This document shows positions 15,505 through 30,705 of a stretch of 64,000 nucleotides of DNA, in pieces (position 1 is the first letter of the stretch; the number at the start of each line of letters is the position of its first letter). A program made the position numbers and the translations under genes. Origin of the DNA: the human T2T-CHM13v2.0 reference genome, Homo sapiens. Where the stretch lies: assembly GCF_009914755.1 (NCBI RefSeq), contig NC_060931.1; one strand, 5' to 3'. The notes under the pieces were generated by a model. It made no database searches. It saw only the letters and a list, made by a program, of their open reading frames with translations, and was not told the origin of the DNA.

Positions 15505-16890
15505 TTAATAAACTTTATTTTTTGGAGCAGATTTGCAGAAAAATTGAGTAGAAAGTATAGAGTTCCCATATACCTTCTCCCTCTTCTCCCACCCCACAGT
15601 TTTTCCTATTATTAACATTGCATTACTTTAGCACATTTGCTACTGGTGGACTAATATTGATACATTCTTATAAACTAAAGTCCATAGTGTACACCAGGGC
15701 TCACTATTTGTGTTGTAGATTCTATGGGTTTTGATAAATGCATAATGACATGTATCAACCATTACAGAATCAAACAGAAAAGTTTAAATGCCCTAAAAAT
15801 TCCCTATCTTCCATCTATTCATTCCTTCTTCTGAATCCCTAGCAAGCACTGATCTTAAGTACACAGGCTTTTAAGTTTGAATTCTTATAGTTAGTGATAC
15901 ACGTTTAAGATTCTTCCATGTTTTTCCACTACATGATTGCTCATTTCATTTTAGCACTAAGTAAAATTTCCTCGTATGGATGCACCACACTTTATCCATT
16001 CACCTACCGAAGGGCATTTTGATGGCTTCCAAGTTTTGACAATTATGAAGAAAGCTGGTTTAGACACTTCTGTCAAGATTTTAGTGTGGATGTAAGTTTT
16101 CAGCTCCTTTGGGTTAATACCAAAGAGCATGATTTCTGGATCAGATCATAAGAGTATATTTAGTTTTGTAAGAAACTGCCTAACCATCCTCCAAAATGAC
16201 AATACCATTTTGCCTTTGTACCAGGAATGAATGAAAGGTTCTGTTGCTCCACAGCCTCACCAGCATTTGCTGTTGTATTTACATTTTAGCCATTTACTGG
16301 GTGTATAGTGACATCTCATTGTTGTTAAATTTGCAATTACTTAATGGTATATGGTGGTAATTATTTTTTCAAATGCTTATTTCCCATTTGTACATCTTCT
16401 TTGTTGAGGTGTCTGTTCAGACCTTTTGTCTCTTTTTTAAATGGGTTATTTTCTTATTGTTGAGTTTTAAGAGGCTTTTAAAAATATTTTGGATATAAGT
16501 TCTTTATCAGATATATGGTTTACAAATATTTTCTCAAAGCCTGTGGCCTTTTTACTATCTTGACAGGGTCTGTCACAGAGCAGAAGTTTTAGTGTTAAGA
16601 AATGCCAGTTATCAATTTTTTCTTTCATGAATCACACATTTGGTGATTCATGAAAAAAAACTTATCACCATACCCAAGATCATTTGGATTTTCTCCTACG
16701 TTCTCTTCGAGGAGTTTCATAGTTTTGTGTGTTACATTTAGGTCTAATGACCCATTTTGAGTTAATTTTTGTGAAAGGTATAAGGTATGTGTCTATATAT
16801 ACATTTTTTTTTTGCATGTGGATGTCCAGTTCTTCTGGCATCATTTGGTGAAATCATTCCATTTTACATTGCATTGTCTTTGTTCCTTTT
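15505..16890 (-). mobile_element. Old L1 3' fragment, L1MC1/2-like
   Basis: Antisense 3'UTR motif aaagtccatagtgtacaccagggctcactatttgtgttgtagattctatgggtttt, followed by antisense ORF2 C-terminal remnants. Confidence 0.7.
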
Positions 16891-17412
16891 CTACACATTT
16901 TAAAAATTAGTTCTTCATCAAAACAACTCAAAATTGGTTATTTTATATTCATTTTGCAAAAAAAAAAAAAAATTAGATACTTAAGTCATTTACCCTTAAA
17001 AGTAAAACAATGGTCAACCAGCAAAAGGTTTACCAGGGTGCGAGCCAATGTCTGAGCCTGGTGACTTCACTGAATCAGGTTTTTCCCAATGGGAGTTTCT
17101 TGGAAAAAATATTCCTTGGAAAGTTAAGTTTATGAAATAATACATACTTAATCCTTTCTCAGAGATTCAAAATATGCATTTGCCTAAAGAAAGAAACTTC
17201 TGTTAGTGTGTGCAACGCAAGATTTTCTGCCTGTTGTTTTAAGTACAAACCTTTGCTTCTGCTTCCAGCATAACTCACCTCCCATAGAACATCTTTGGCA
17301 GAGCCTGCCCCGTGATAAACATTCTTATTCTATTCTGGGCTCTTGGGGGAAGGGAGTCCTTAAGACGCTTCTCTCTGGCCACAATTTGCTCATCTCTAAA
17401 ATTAAGAAATAG

Positions 17413-17918
17413 CCAAAGGATTACAAATCATGCTACTATAAAGACACATGCACACGTATGTTTATTGCAGAACTATTCACAATAGCAAAGACTTGGAACC
17501 AACCCAAATGTCCATCAATGATAGACTGGATTAAGAAAATGTGGCACATATACACCATGGAATACTATGTACCCATAAAAAAGGATGAGTTTATGTCCTT
17601 TGCAGGGACATGGATCCAGCTGGAAACCATCATTCTGAGCAAACTATTGTAAGGATAGAAAACCAAACACTGCGTGTTCTCACTCACAGGTGGGAATTGA
17701 ACAATGAGATCAATTGGACACAGTGCGGGGAACATCACACCCCAGGACCTGTTGTGGGGTAAGGGACAGGGGGAGGGAAAGCATTAGGAGAAATACCTAA
17801 TGTAAATGATGAGTTAATGGGTGCAGCAAACCAACATGGCACATGTATACCTATGTAACAAACCTGCATGTTGTGCCCATGTACCCTAGAACTTAAAGTA
17901 TAACAATAATAATAATAA
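17413..17918 (+). mobile_element. 5'-truncated L1PA5/6-like 3' fragment
   Basis: ORF2 C-terminus ([19 protein letters not shown]...) plus 3'UTR and A-rich tail. TSD aagaaatag at 17404-17412 and 17919-17927. Confidence 0.85.
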
Positions 17919-17927
17919 AAGAAATAG

Positions 17928-18120
17928 ACAATGGAGAATGGAGACTTGGAAGGGTGAGGTGATGGGAGGTGGGTGGTTGATGAGAAATTACTTAATGGGC
18001 ACAATGCACATCGTTTGGGTGATGGATACTCTAAAAGCCCTAACTTCACCACCAAGCAATCTATGTATGTAACAAAATTGCACCTTGTACCCCATAAATT
18101 TATACAAATAAAAGATCAAA
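17928..18120 (+). mobile_element. L1PB/L1PA16-like 3'UTR fragment
   Basis: gagaaattacttaatgggcacaatg...aaaagccctaacttcaccac...ttgtacccccataaatttatacaaataaa. Confidence 0.65.
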
Positions 18121-19781
18121 AATAATATCTCCTTTTGTTCTGACATTCTGAAAAGCCTGTGATATATCACCTGTCATTCACACATTTCTCTACACCAAGA
18201 TTTTCTGGACAGACTGTTTTTCTTGCCTATTGAAAAAAGCTGAGTCTGTGAAGACAATATGAAGGCAGAGAGGGAGGAATCCATCCTTTACCAAATAAGT
18301 GGCCCCAGGACACATTCTTCCCTCTGCACAGCAGCTACATTCCCATTAGGGACAGTGGACATTTTCCCATGCAGTCCATGCACTGTGCCTTCAATAAACT
18401 GCCGTGGACTAATGTGAACTCATTTTGGCTGCTGCAGTGATGGCTGTGGCAGTGGTGACTGGAGGCGCTGTCCAGGCTCTCTCTCCTTAGCAGTGCTGGA
18501 GAGTGGCATCGATCTGGGCCGCCTGCAGAGGAGCTGCCAGCAGCTGGGCAGGCTGTGATTAGCAGCTCCTGAAAGGATCCCTTTCAAGGCTCTGGAGCCC
18601 TGCTTGGCAGCCTGCACTCTGTTTGCCTTAATTGGAGCAAATGATTTGTGCTTTCTCGCCTCAGAGATTGATCCTTGCTGAGGACCACAGTTACAGAAGT
18701 CAGGTGAAAGAGAAGGATGTCCTAGCTTGCTCTGAACATAGACAGAAAATGCTTCAGTTTCCTTTCAGGGTGAAATATTGATGCTCAGCGATGACTTCAA
18801 ATGCAATTTTAAAACATCTTTCAAATTCAGAGATTTGTGTGTCAGTTCTGCTCGCTGTAGACACCATCAAACACAATTTGCCCTAGGAATCCAAAAACAG
18901 AGCTTACTGAGGAATATCGGAATGTGAGGGGCCTGCAGGCAGAGGCTGATCCCCACAGGATCAGCAACAACGGCTGACACTTCCAGAGCCTCCTAATAGC
19001 CAGGAGCAGTTCCCAGCCCATCCCATGCATGGCCTGTGCCTCCCTCACATCCCTGGTGGAAGATTCTAGTATTGTCCTGTTGTACACTTGGAGAAATGGA
19101 AAGATAAAGAAACCTGTTCAAAATCTGTTTCAGTAAATTACAAAGCATGGTTCCCAACACATATTAGATGGTTAAAAGTATTAATTAATTAATTGATTAA
19201 TTACTATTAATAGTATTAATAGTATGTATTTGAAAATGAACAGAAGAACACATCAATCAATGACTCAGTGAAATCGATGAATCAATCAAACAATAGGTAG
19301 TGCATCACTTGAAATCTCCATGGGGAGAACAGGAATGAATGTGTGCAGTGTCAGTGCAGGAGACAGAGCTTCTCATCAAGGCACCAACTCACCAGGATGT
19401 TCCCTTGTGGGTCACCAGAATAGCACTGCACCTTAGGGGATCCAGGTCAGGAAGTCATAAGTGTGGGTGAGTGATGGACACTGAACTAGTTAAAACTGAT
19501 GTCTGAGTATGGAAATAGATGTATATGACAGAACAGAGCTGACTGTGAAGGTCCGTCTGGGGCCCTACACTCCATCTGGGGTGAGCTCATGCTTGTGTTA
19601 AGGCTGCAATGCTCATTGGCTGTCCATCTGAAACATTAGCCACCTGGAATGCAGGCTGACACAGAGGCTTCATTATGGAATGGGCAGAGATGTGCCTAAG
19701 GAATTTGGGGTAAGGGAGAGAGCAAAATTGCATTGAATTCCTTCTATGTGCTTGGTACTAACATCAAGCAAGTACACAGAA

Positions 19782-21478
19782 AGGCAGTCCTCATTTTGCT
19801 CAATTCTGACATGCAGAGATTCCATTTACTATGGCTGATATAATACCTGTCCCTCCAACAAAATGACTTTGACTTCACTGTTAGCTCTTCAGTTCACACA
19901 TCCCTACATAAATACTAGATGTGCATCATGATCAGTGACCAATCACTTCACTTCTTGCAAAGTCTGCCAGTGGTTTGGCCCTGAACACCTGTTATTCAGG
20001 TCACACTTGTCAGGAGCTAGTCTAGCTGGAGACATAGCTGAGTAGCCAGGTGCCAGAGTAGCTGATACAAGGCAACAAGCCAAAACAGAATTCATAATCA
20101 AGGCTTTAATCACTTACTGCAATGGTATAAGCAAAAGGCTGAACCAGAAAAAGTGCTGACTCCCCTTTGTTCTGTTTTCTCCCGTGGAACGGTGTTCCAG
20201 TCGAGGGTCAGCATAGACATTTTGGGGCATCATTTTCACAGCTGAAGGATCTCCAAACAAATGGCTCCTGTAATTTTACTGACCCAGGGGCTAGGAGGAA
20301 AGATGAGGGAGGATTTGGAGTGGAAAAATACTGGGTAGTGAGTTAGAATGGGGAAAAGTGCCTTCAGGGTTTCCGCCTCCTCCCCATCTCTATAAGGAGA
20401 CCTCAGCAGAGGCCCCTGAAGAGGACCTTAGATAAAAAGACATAGGAATGAAATCATCTGGGCTGGCAGTGCAAAAATGCATAAGAAAATGGCTGCCCAG
20501 GTGGTGTGAGACCCTGACTGAAACTCCCTACAGTGTCTGCAAAGCACTGGCTGTGCAGATGTAGGGAGGAAAACGCTCCCCTGAGGTCTGCCAGGTAAAG
20601 CCTTTGTAATTGCCTATGGTTTGGCCTGAAAATTTACACATGGGTTTTTTGTTGTTGTCGTTGTTCTGGAGACAAACTCTGCAATGCACAGACAGGAGAG
20701 CATGTAGTTATATTGTCTCTTGTCCCCCATGATAAACTGGCATGATATTTTACCATTGAGCTTGGTACTATTTTTTATTTTCCTATATGCAACATTGGTA
20801 ATCAAAAGAGGGAATTGGCCAACAAAGATAAAAGTGCAGCAAGGAAATGGAAAGTGATAATGCTGGAAGTGAAATTGAATAAAATGTAAATCAGGTTGTA
20901 GAAGAAATAGCTGACAGAGGGAACGTGAACACTCAGCCTTCGAGAGACTCCAGATGTGCAGTCGGGGAGCTCAGGACAGAGGATAGTTGACATCAATGGC
21001 AAAAAAGGACGTCATTTCCTGGAGGAAGGAAGGCTGGCAAAAGATCTCCCACTAAAAGGACTCTCAGAGATGTTTCACAACATGGAAAGCACTAAGGACA
21101 AAACATTGGAAGTTGATCCAGTCTTAGCAAAGAGAATGGCTATATGTCAAGGCATGGAAAAGATGCTTGCTCTGTATCATAAGGGATGAAAAGAAAGCAA
21201 ACACTTTTCAAAGGCTCTTGGCAGGTTTCTAACAAATAAATAAAACCTCATAATTCTCCATGTTTCTGATATTTTAAAGTGCAGTTTACTAAATAATGTT
21301 GGTTTTACTAAGTTTTATTTTCTCATATATCTATAAGTGACAGTAAGAAAGTTTTGAATGTTTTGACAAAAATGTTCATATGTCATGAAACAATCGTAAC
21401 TTTTGCATTGATTTAAATTAACACTGTTTGCAGTCAGATTTATGGTCTTACATTACCTTGCAAAGCGAAGACTGCCTG
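19782..21478 (+). mobile_element. Tigger6a-like TcMar DNA transposon, interrupted by an LTR
   Basis: Terminal inverted repeats aggcagtcctcattttgc and gcaaagcgaagactgcctg, the latter followed by TA. Decayed transposase-like remnant at ~20800-21190. Confidence 0.75.
20008..20683 (-). mobile_element. Solo ERV(L)-type LTR nested in Tigger6a (family uncertain)
   Basis: TG...CA termini; ATTAAA on the minus strand (tttaat near 20105); the Tigger sequence resumes after 20683. Confidence 0.6.
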
Positions 21479-21883
21479 TATTACCTAATATCTTTACAGA
21501 AAATCTTAAAGTATATTGCATTGTTTTTGCCACGAAGATAGAAGCTAAAGCTCAGAGTAGTGAAGTAAGCTGTCAGAGATCACAGAGCAAGTGAGTGATA
21601 GAGCTTAGATCTGAACACTAGTCTCAATAACACTTCACTTTCTGCCCTCAACAGTACCCTAGGAAAGCAGAGAGGAGTCTGCTACCCCGGGAAGCGTTAA
21701 CAGTGGGTCAAATCTGGGGCTAGACATTTTCTCCTGTGCCAATAAACACATGATCCAAAACTGCTGGAAGGGCATTCCATAAAAGAACGACTTAGAGTTT
21801 ATAGTAATTCCAATAATAAAAGAATTTTAAATGTATTCAGCACTCCCTCTGTATAGTGTGTGCACTATGTAAGGGCTTCATAA

Positions 21884-22193
<310 letters not shown>

Positions 22194-22941
22194 AGCGTTA
22201 ACTCTTTTAATGCTGACGGCAACCTAATGAGGAAATTTCCATATTATAATATTCATTTATATTATATTATTTTCTTTGAAATATACAAATTACATGGTTT
22301 TGTATATTTTATATTTATTTTATGTTTTCTATCTATGGGAAAAAAACTGAAGGGGACAGAGGAAATGAATTCACCACAGAACACAGAGTAGTACCTAGCA
22401 GAATGGAGGTGAGGTCTCAGGCCCCAGCTTCCCACTTGGATGCTTGTGCTCTGGGCTCACCCTACCTGGCTTTAGTGCCCCTCACTCAAGTGACTCAATC
22501 CCTCGAGGCTCCAGTGCCTATCATGTGTTCATTCCTGCCTCACCATGACTCCCTGTTCCTAGGCTTGCTTCCTGATAATTGCTTAGACCTGTCCTGGGTC
22601 CTGTCCTGCAGATTCCAGATCTGCTCCATCTCATTCCAGGACAGGAGTCTTGTTCCCACACCCATGCCTTTACGTGGAACTCTGATGGCACTGCTATGAG
22701 TGGCTTCCTACCAGAACCCCTGTTACCCTCAAGATGGCCAAGGACATGTAAGAGACAGGTTTATTTTACGCTCTTCAGAAAAAAGATTCCCACTCCAGAT
22801 GTCCAGCACTATGGTGCACCGTTTATATATATATTATGCAATTCCATTTTCACAGTAACAAGAATTGAGTTTGAGTTTTGTTTGTTCATTGTTCTTTAGT
22901 TTTTATTTTGATTTACTATTTTTCCTATGGATTTCAGGTGC

Positions 22942-23314
22942 TGTATTAATCCATTCTTGCACTGCTATAAAGAATTACCTGAGGCTGGGTAAAGAAAAGA
23001 GGTTTAATTGGCTCACAGTTCTTTAGGCTGTACAGGTAGCATGGCTGAGGAGGCCTCAGGAAACTTTCAATCATGGCACAAGGCGAAGAAAAAGCCAACA
23101 CATCCTTACATGGCAGAGCAGGAGAGAGAGAGAGCAGGGAGAGGCACTGCACAGTTTTAAACAACCAGATCTCGTGAGAACTCACACACATCATAGGAAC
23201 ATAAGGGGTAATCCATCCCCATGACTTAATCACCTCCCACCAGGCCCTCCTCCAACACTGAGGATTACAATTCAACATGAGCTCTAGGCGGGGACACAAA
23301 TCCAAACCATATCA
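22942..23314 (-). mobile_element. MSTA/MSTB MaLR solo LTR
   Basis: tgtatt...ccaaaccatatca termini. 5-bp TSD ggtgc at 22937-22941 and 23315-23319. Confidence 0.88.
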
Positions 23315-23557
23315 GGTGCCCAGGAAATAATTAATAATAATCTTGGGTCATGGCATGCACTCATCATTGTTTTGACACAGTCAGCTAGTTTTGTTTAGTT
23401 AGTTATTATAATTGTGTGTTAAGCCCTAGTGTACCCACTACCCTAAACAAAACCCAGGACCTTGACACCCTGACAGCAGCCCATACTGAGCAGACCATGA
23501 TTCCTCCTATCTCACTTCCTCTCCTACCTTAAGGTGATCAACATTCTGAATATCATG

Positions 23558-24125
23558 TGTGATGGTTAATTTTAGATATCAACTTGATTGGATTAAGAAA
23601 TATCTAGAAAAAATGGTAAAGAATTATCTTGGGTGTGTTTATGAGGGTTTTTCCAGAGGAGATTCTCATGTGGGTCAGAGTGGACTAGGTAAAGATCTAT
23701 CTTTAATGTGGGCAGGCACCATGTAATCTACTAGGAACCTGGAGAGAACAAAAATTTTAAAAAGGCCAATGTGTCAATCTATCTCCTGGAGCTGGAATAT
23801 GCTCATCCTCTGCCTTGGATAACAGAAATCTGGGCCCCCTGGCCTTTGAACTCCAGGACTTATACCAGCAGCCACGCTGGATTCTCAGGCCTTTGGCCTC
23901 AGAATGAAAGTTACACCCATCAGCTTCCCTGGTTCTGAGGCCTCTGGACTTGGACTGAGCCACACTATCAGCATTTCAGGGTCTCCAGTTTGCAATTGAC
24001 CTGTCCTGGGACTTCTCAGCCTCCATAATTGTGTGAGACAATTCCCCTAATAAATCCCCTCTCATCTATCTGTATACAGATATATCCTGTTGGTTCTGTC
24101 ACTCTGAAGTACCCTGGCTAGTATT
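23558..24125 (+). mobile_element. MLT2B-like ERVL solo LTR
   Basis: Starts tgtgatggttaatttta...tcaacttgattggatt; AATAAA near 24049; ends ggttctgtcactctg...ccctggcta. Confidence 0.8.
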
Positions 24126-24277
24126 CCAAGTCCATCTTGCCCCTTTTTGTTAACTTTTATATACTTTGATATCATATTTATGTACTCTCACAAAATATGG
24201 AAGTGTTTTGGAAAGAAGGTGGATATACATATGTATGTATGTATAAACACACATATACTCCTACAAACAAACATATA

Positions 24278-24649
24278 TGTATTAGTCTGTTCTCACATTG
24301 CTATAAAGAACTACCTGAGACTGAGTAATTTATAAAGAGAAGAAGTTTAATTGGCTCACAGTTCTGCAGGCCATACAGGGAGCATGGCTAAGGGAGGTCT
24401 TAGTAAAATTACAGTCATGGCAGAAGGGGAAGGGGAAGCCAGCACATCCTACATGGCTGGAGCAAGAGCAAAAGAGTGAAGAGGGAGGTGCCCCACACTT
24501 TCAAACAACCAGGTGTCATGAGAACTCTATCACAAATATAGCAAGGGGAAGTCCACCCTCATGATTCAATCACCTCCACCAGGCCCCTCCTCCAATCCTG
24601 GGAATTATAGTTCGACATGAGATTTGGGTGGGGACACAGAGCCAAACCA

Positions 24650-24652
<3 letters not shown>
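24278..24652 (-). mobile_element. MSTA MaLR solo LTR
   Basis: tgtattagtctgttctcacattgctataaagaactacctgagact...ggggacacagagccaaaccatatc. Confidence 0.88.

Positions 24653-24688
<36 letters not shown>
24650..24688. repeat. (TATC)n tetranucleotide microsatellite
   Basis: About 9 tandem tatc/ctat units growing out of the MSTA terminus. Confidence 0.9.
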
Positions 24689-25799
24689 ATTTTTAAGATT
24701 CACATCTGTTTAATGTATATAAAGCCAAGGAAAGGACAGTCTCAAATTCAATAGAAATATTCTGTACAGGGGGGTGGAGCCAAGATGGCCAAATAGGAAC
24801 AGCTCCAGTATACAGCTTCCAGCGTGAGCCATGCAGAAGACAGGTGATTTCTGCATTTCCAACTGAGATACCAGGTTCATCTCACTGGGGAGTGCCAGAC
24901 AGTGGGTGCAGGACAGTGGGTTCAGTGCACCGTGCATGAGCCAAAGCAGGGCAAGGCATTGCCTCACCTGGGAAGTGCAAGGGGTCAGGGAATTCCCTTT
25001 CCTAGTCAAAGAAAGGGGTGACAGATGGCACCTGGAAAATCAGGTAACTCCCACCCTAATACTGCACTTTTCCAACTGGCTTAACCAATGGCACACCAGG
25101 AGATTATATCCCGCACATGGCTCGGAGGGTCCTACGCCCACAGAGCCTTGCTCATTGCTAGCACAGCAGTCTGAGATCAAAGTGCAAGGTGGCAGCGAGG
25201 CTGGGGAGGGGTGCCCGCCGTTGCTCAGGCTTGAGTAGGTAAACAAAGCAGCCGGGAAGCTTGAACTGGGTGGAGCCCACCACAGCTCAAGGAGGCCTGC
25301 CTGCCTCTGTACACTCCACCTCTGGGGGCAGAGCACAGACAAACAAAAGACAACAATAACCTCTGCAGACTTAAATGTCCCTGTCTGACAGTTTTGAAGA
25401 GAGTAGTGGTTCTCCCAGCACACAGCTTGAGATCTGAGAATGGGCAGAGTGCCTCCTCAAGTGGCTCCCTAACCCCCGAGTAGCCTAACTGGGAGGCACC
25501 CCCCAGTAGGGGCGGACTGACACTTCACACGGACGGGTACTCCTCTGAGACAAAACTTCCAGGGGAACGATCAGGCAGCAGCATTTGCGGTTCACCAATA
25601 TCCACTGTTCTGCAGCCACCACTGCTGATACCCACGCAAACAGGGTCTGGAGTGGACCTCCAGCAAACTCCAACAGACCTGCAGCTGAGGGTCCTCACTC
25701 TTAGAAGGAAAACTAACAAACAGAAAGGACATACACACCAAAAACCCATCTGTACGTCATCATCATCATCAAAGACCAAAGGTAGATAAAACCACAAAG

Positions 25800-26816
25800 A
25801 TGGGGAAAAAACAGAGCAGAAAAACCGGAAACTCTAAAAATCAGAGCACCTCTCCTCCTCCAAAGGAACGCAGCTCCTCACCAGCAACGGAACAAAGCTG
25901 GATGGAGAATGACTTTGACGAGTTGGGAGAGGAAGGCTTCAGAAGGTCAAACTACTCTGAGCTAAAGGAGGAAGTTCGAACCAATGGCAAAGAAGTTAAA
26001 AACTTTGAAAAAAACTTAGAAGAATGGATAACTAGAATAACCAATGCAGAGAAGTCCTTAAAGGACCTGATAGAGCTGAAAAACACAGCACAAGAACTAC
26101 GTGATGAATGCACAAGCCTCAGTAACCAATGCAATCAACTGGAAGAAAGGGTATCAGCGATGGAAGACGAAATGAATGAAATGAAGTGTGAAGAGAAGTT
26201 TAGAGAAAAAAGAATAAAAAGAAATGAACAAAGCCTCCAAGAAATATGGGACTATGTGAAAAGACCAAATCTACGTCTAATTGGTGTACCTGAAAGTGAT
26301 GGGGAGAATGGAACCAAGTTGGAAAACACTCTGCAGGATATTATCCAGGAGAACTTCCCCAATATAGCAAGGCAGGCCAACATTCAAATTCAGGAAATAC
26401 AGAGAACACCACAAAGATACTCCTCGAGAAGAGCAACTCCAAGACACATAATTGTCAGATTCACCAAAGCTGAAATGAACGAAAAAATGTTAAGGGCAGC
26501 CAGAGAGAAAGGTCGGGTTACCCTCAAAGGGAAGCCCATCAGACTAACAGCTGATCTCTCAGCACAAACTCTACAAGCCAGAAGAGAGTGGGGGCCTATA
26601 TTCAACATTCTTAAAGAAAAGAATTTTTCAACCCATAATTTCATATCTAGCAAACTAAGCTTCAATAATGAAGGAGAAATAAAATCCTTTACAGACAAGC
26701 AAATGCTGAGAGATTTTGTCACCACCAGGCCTGCCCTAAAAGAGCTCCTGAAGGAAGCACTAAACATGGAAAGGAACAACTGGTACCAGCCACTGCAAAA
26801 AGATGCCAAATTATAA
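25800..26816 (+). CDS. LINE-1 ORF1p of L1-A (338 aa, open frame)
   Basis: MGKKQSRK...; coiled coil, RRM (RPNLRLIGVPE) and ARREW motifs present. The YPAKLS motif is scrambled by local compensating indels. Confidence 0.85.
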   Translation: MGKKQSRKTGNSKNQSTSPPPKERSSSPATEQSWMENDFDELGEEGFRRSNYSELKEEVRTNGKEVKNFEKNLEEWITRITNAEKSLKDLIELKNTAQELRDECTSLSNQCNQLEERVSAMEDEMNEMKCEEKFREKRIKRNEQSLQEIWDYVKRPNLRLIGVPESDGENGTKLENTLQDIIQENFPNIARQANIQIQEIQRTPQRYSSRRATPRHIIVRFTKAEMNEKMLRAAREKGRVTLKGKPIRLTADLSAQTLQARREWGPIFNILKEKNFSTHNFISSKLSFNNEGEIKSFTDKQMLRDFVTTRPALKELLKEALNMERNNWYQPLQKDAKL

Positions 26817-26879
26817 AGACCATCAAGGCTAGGAAGAAACTGCATCAACTAACGAGCAAAATAACCAGCTAACATCATA

Positions 26880-30705
<3,826 letters not shown>

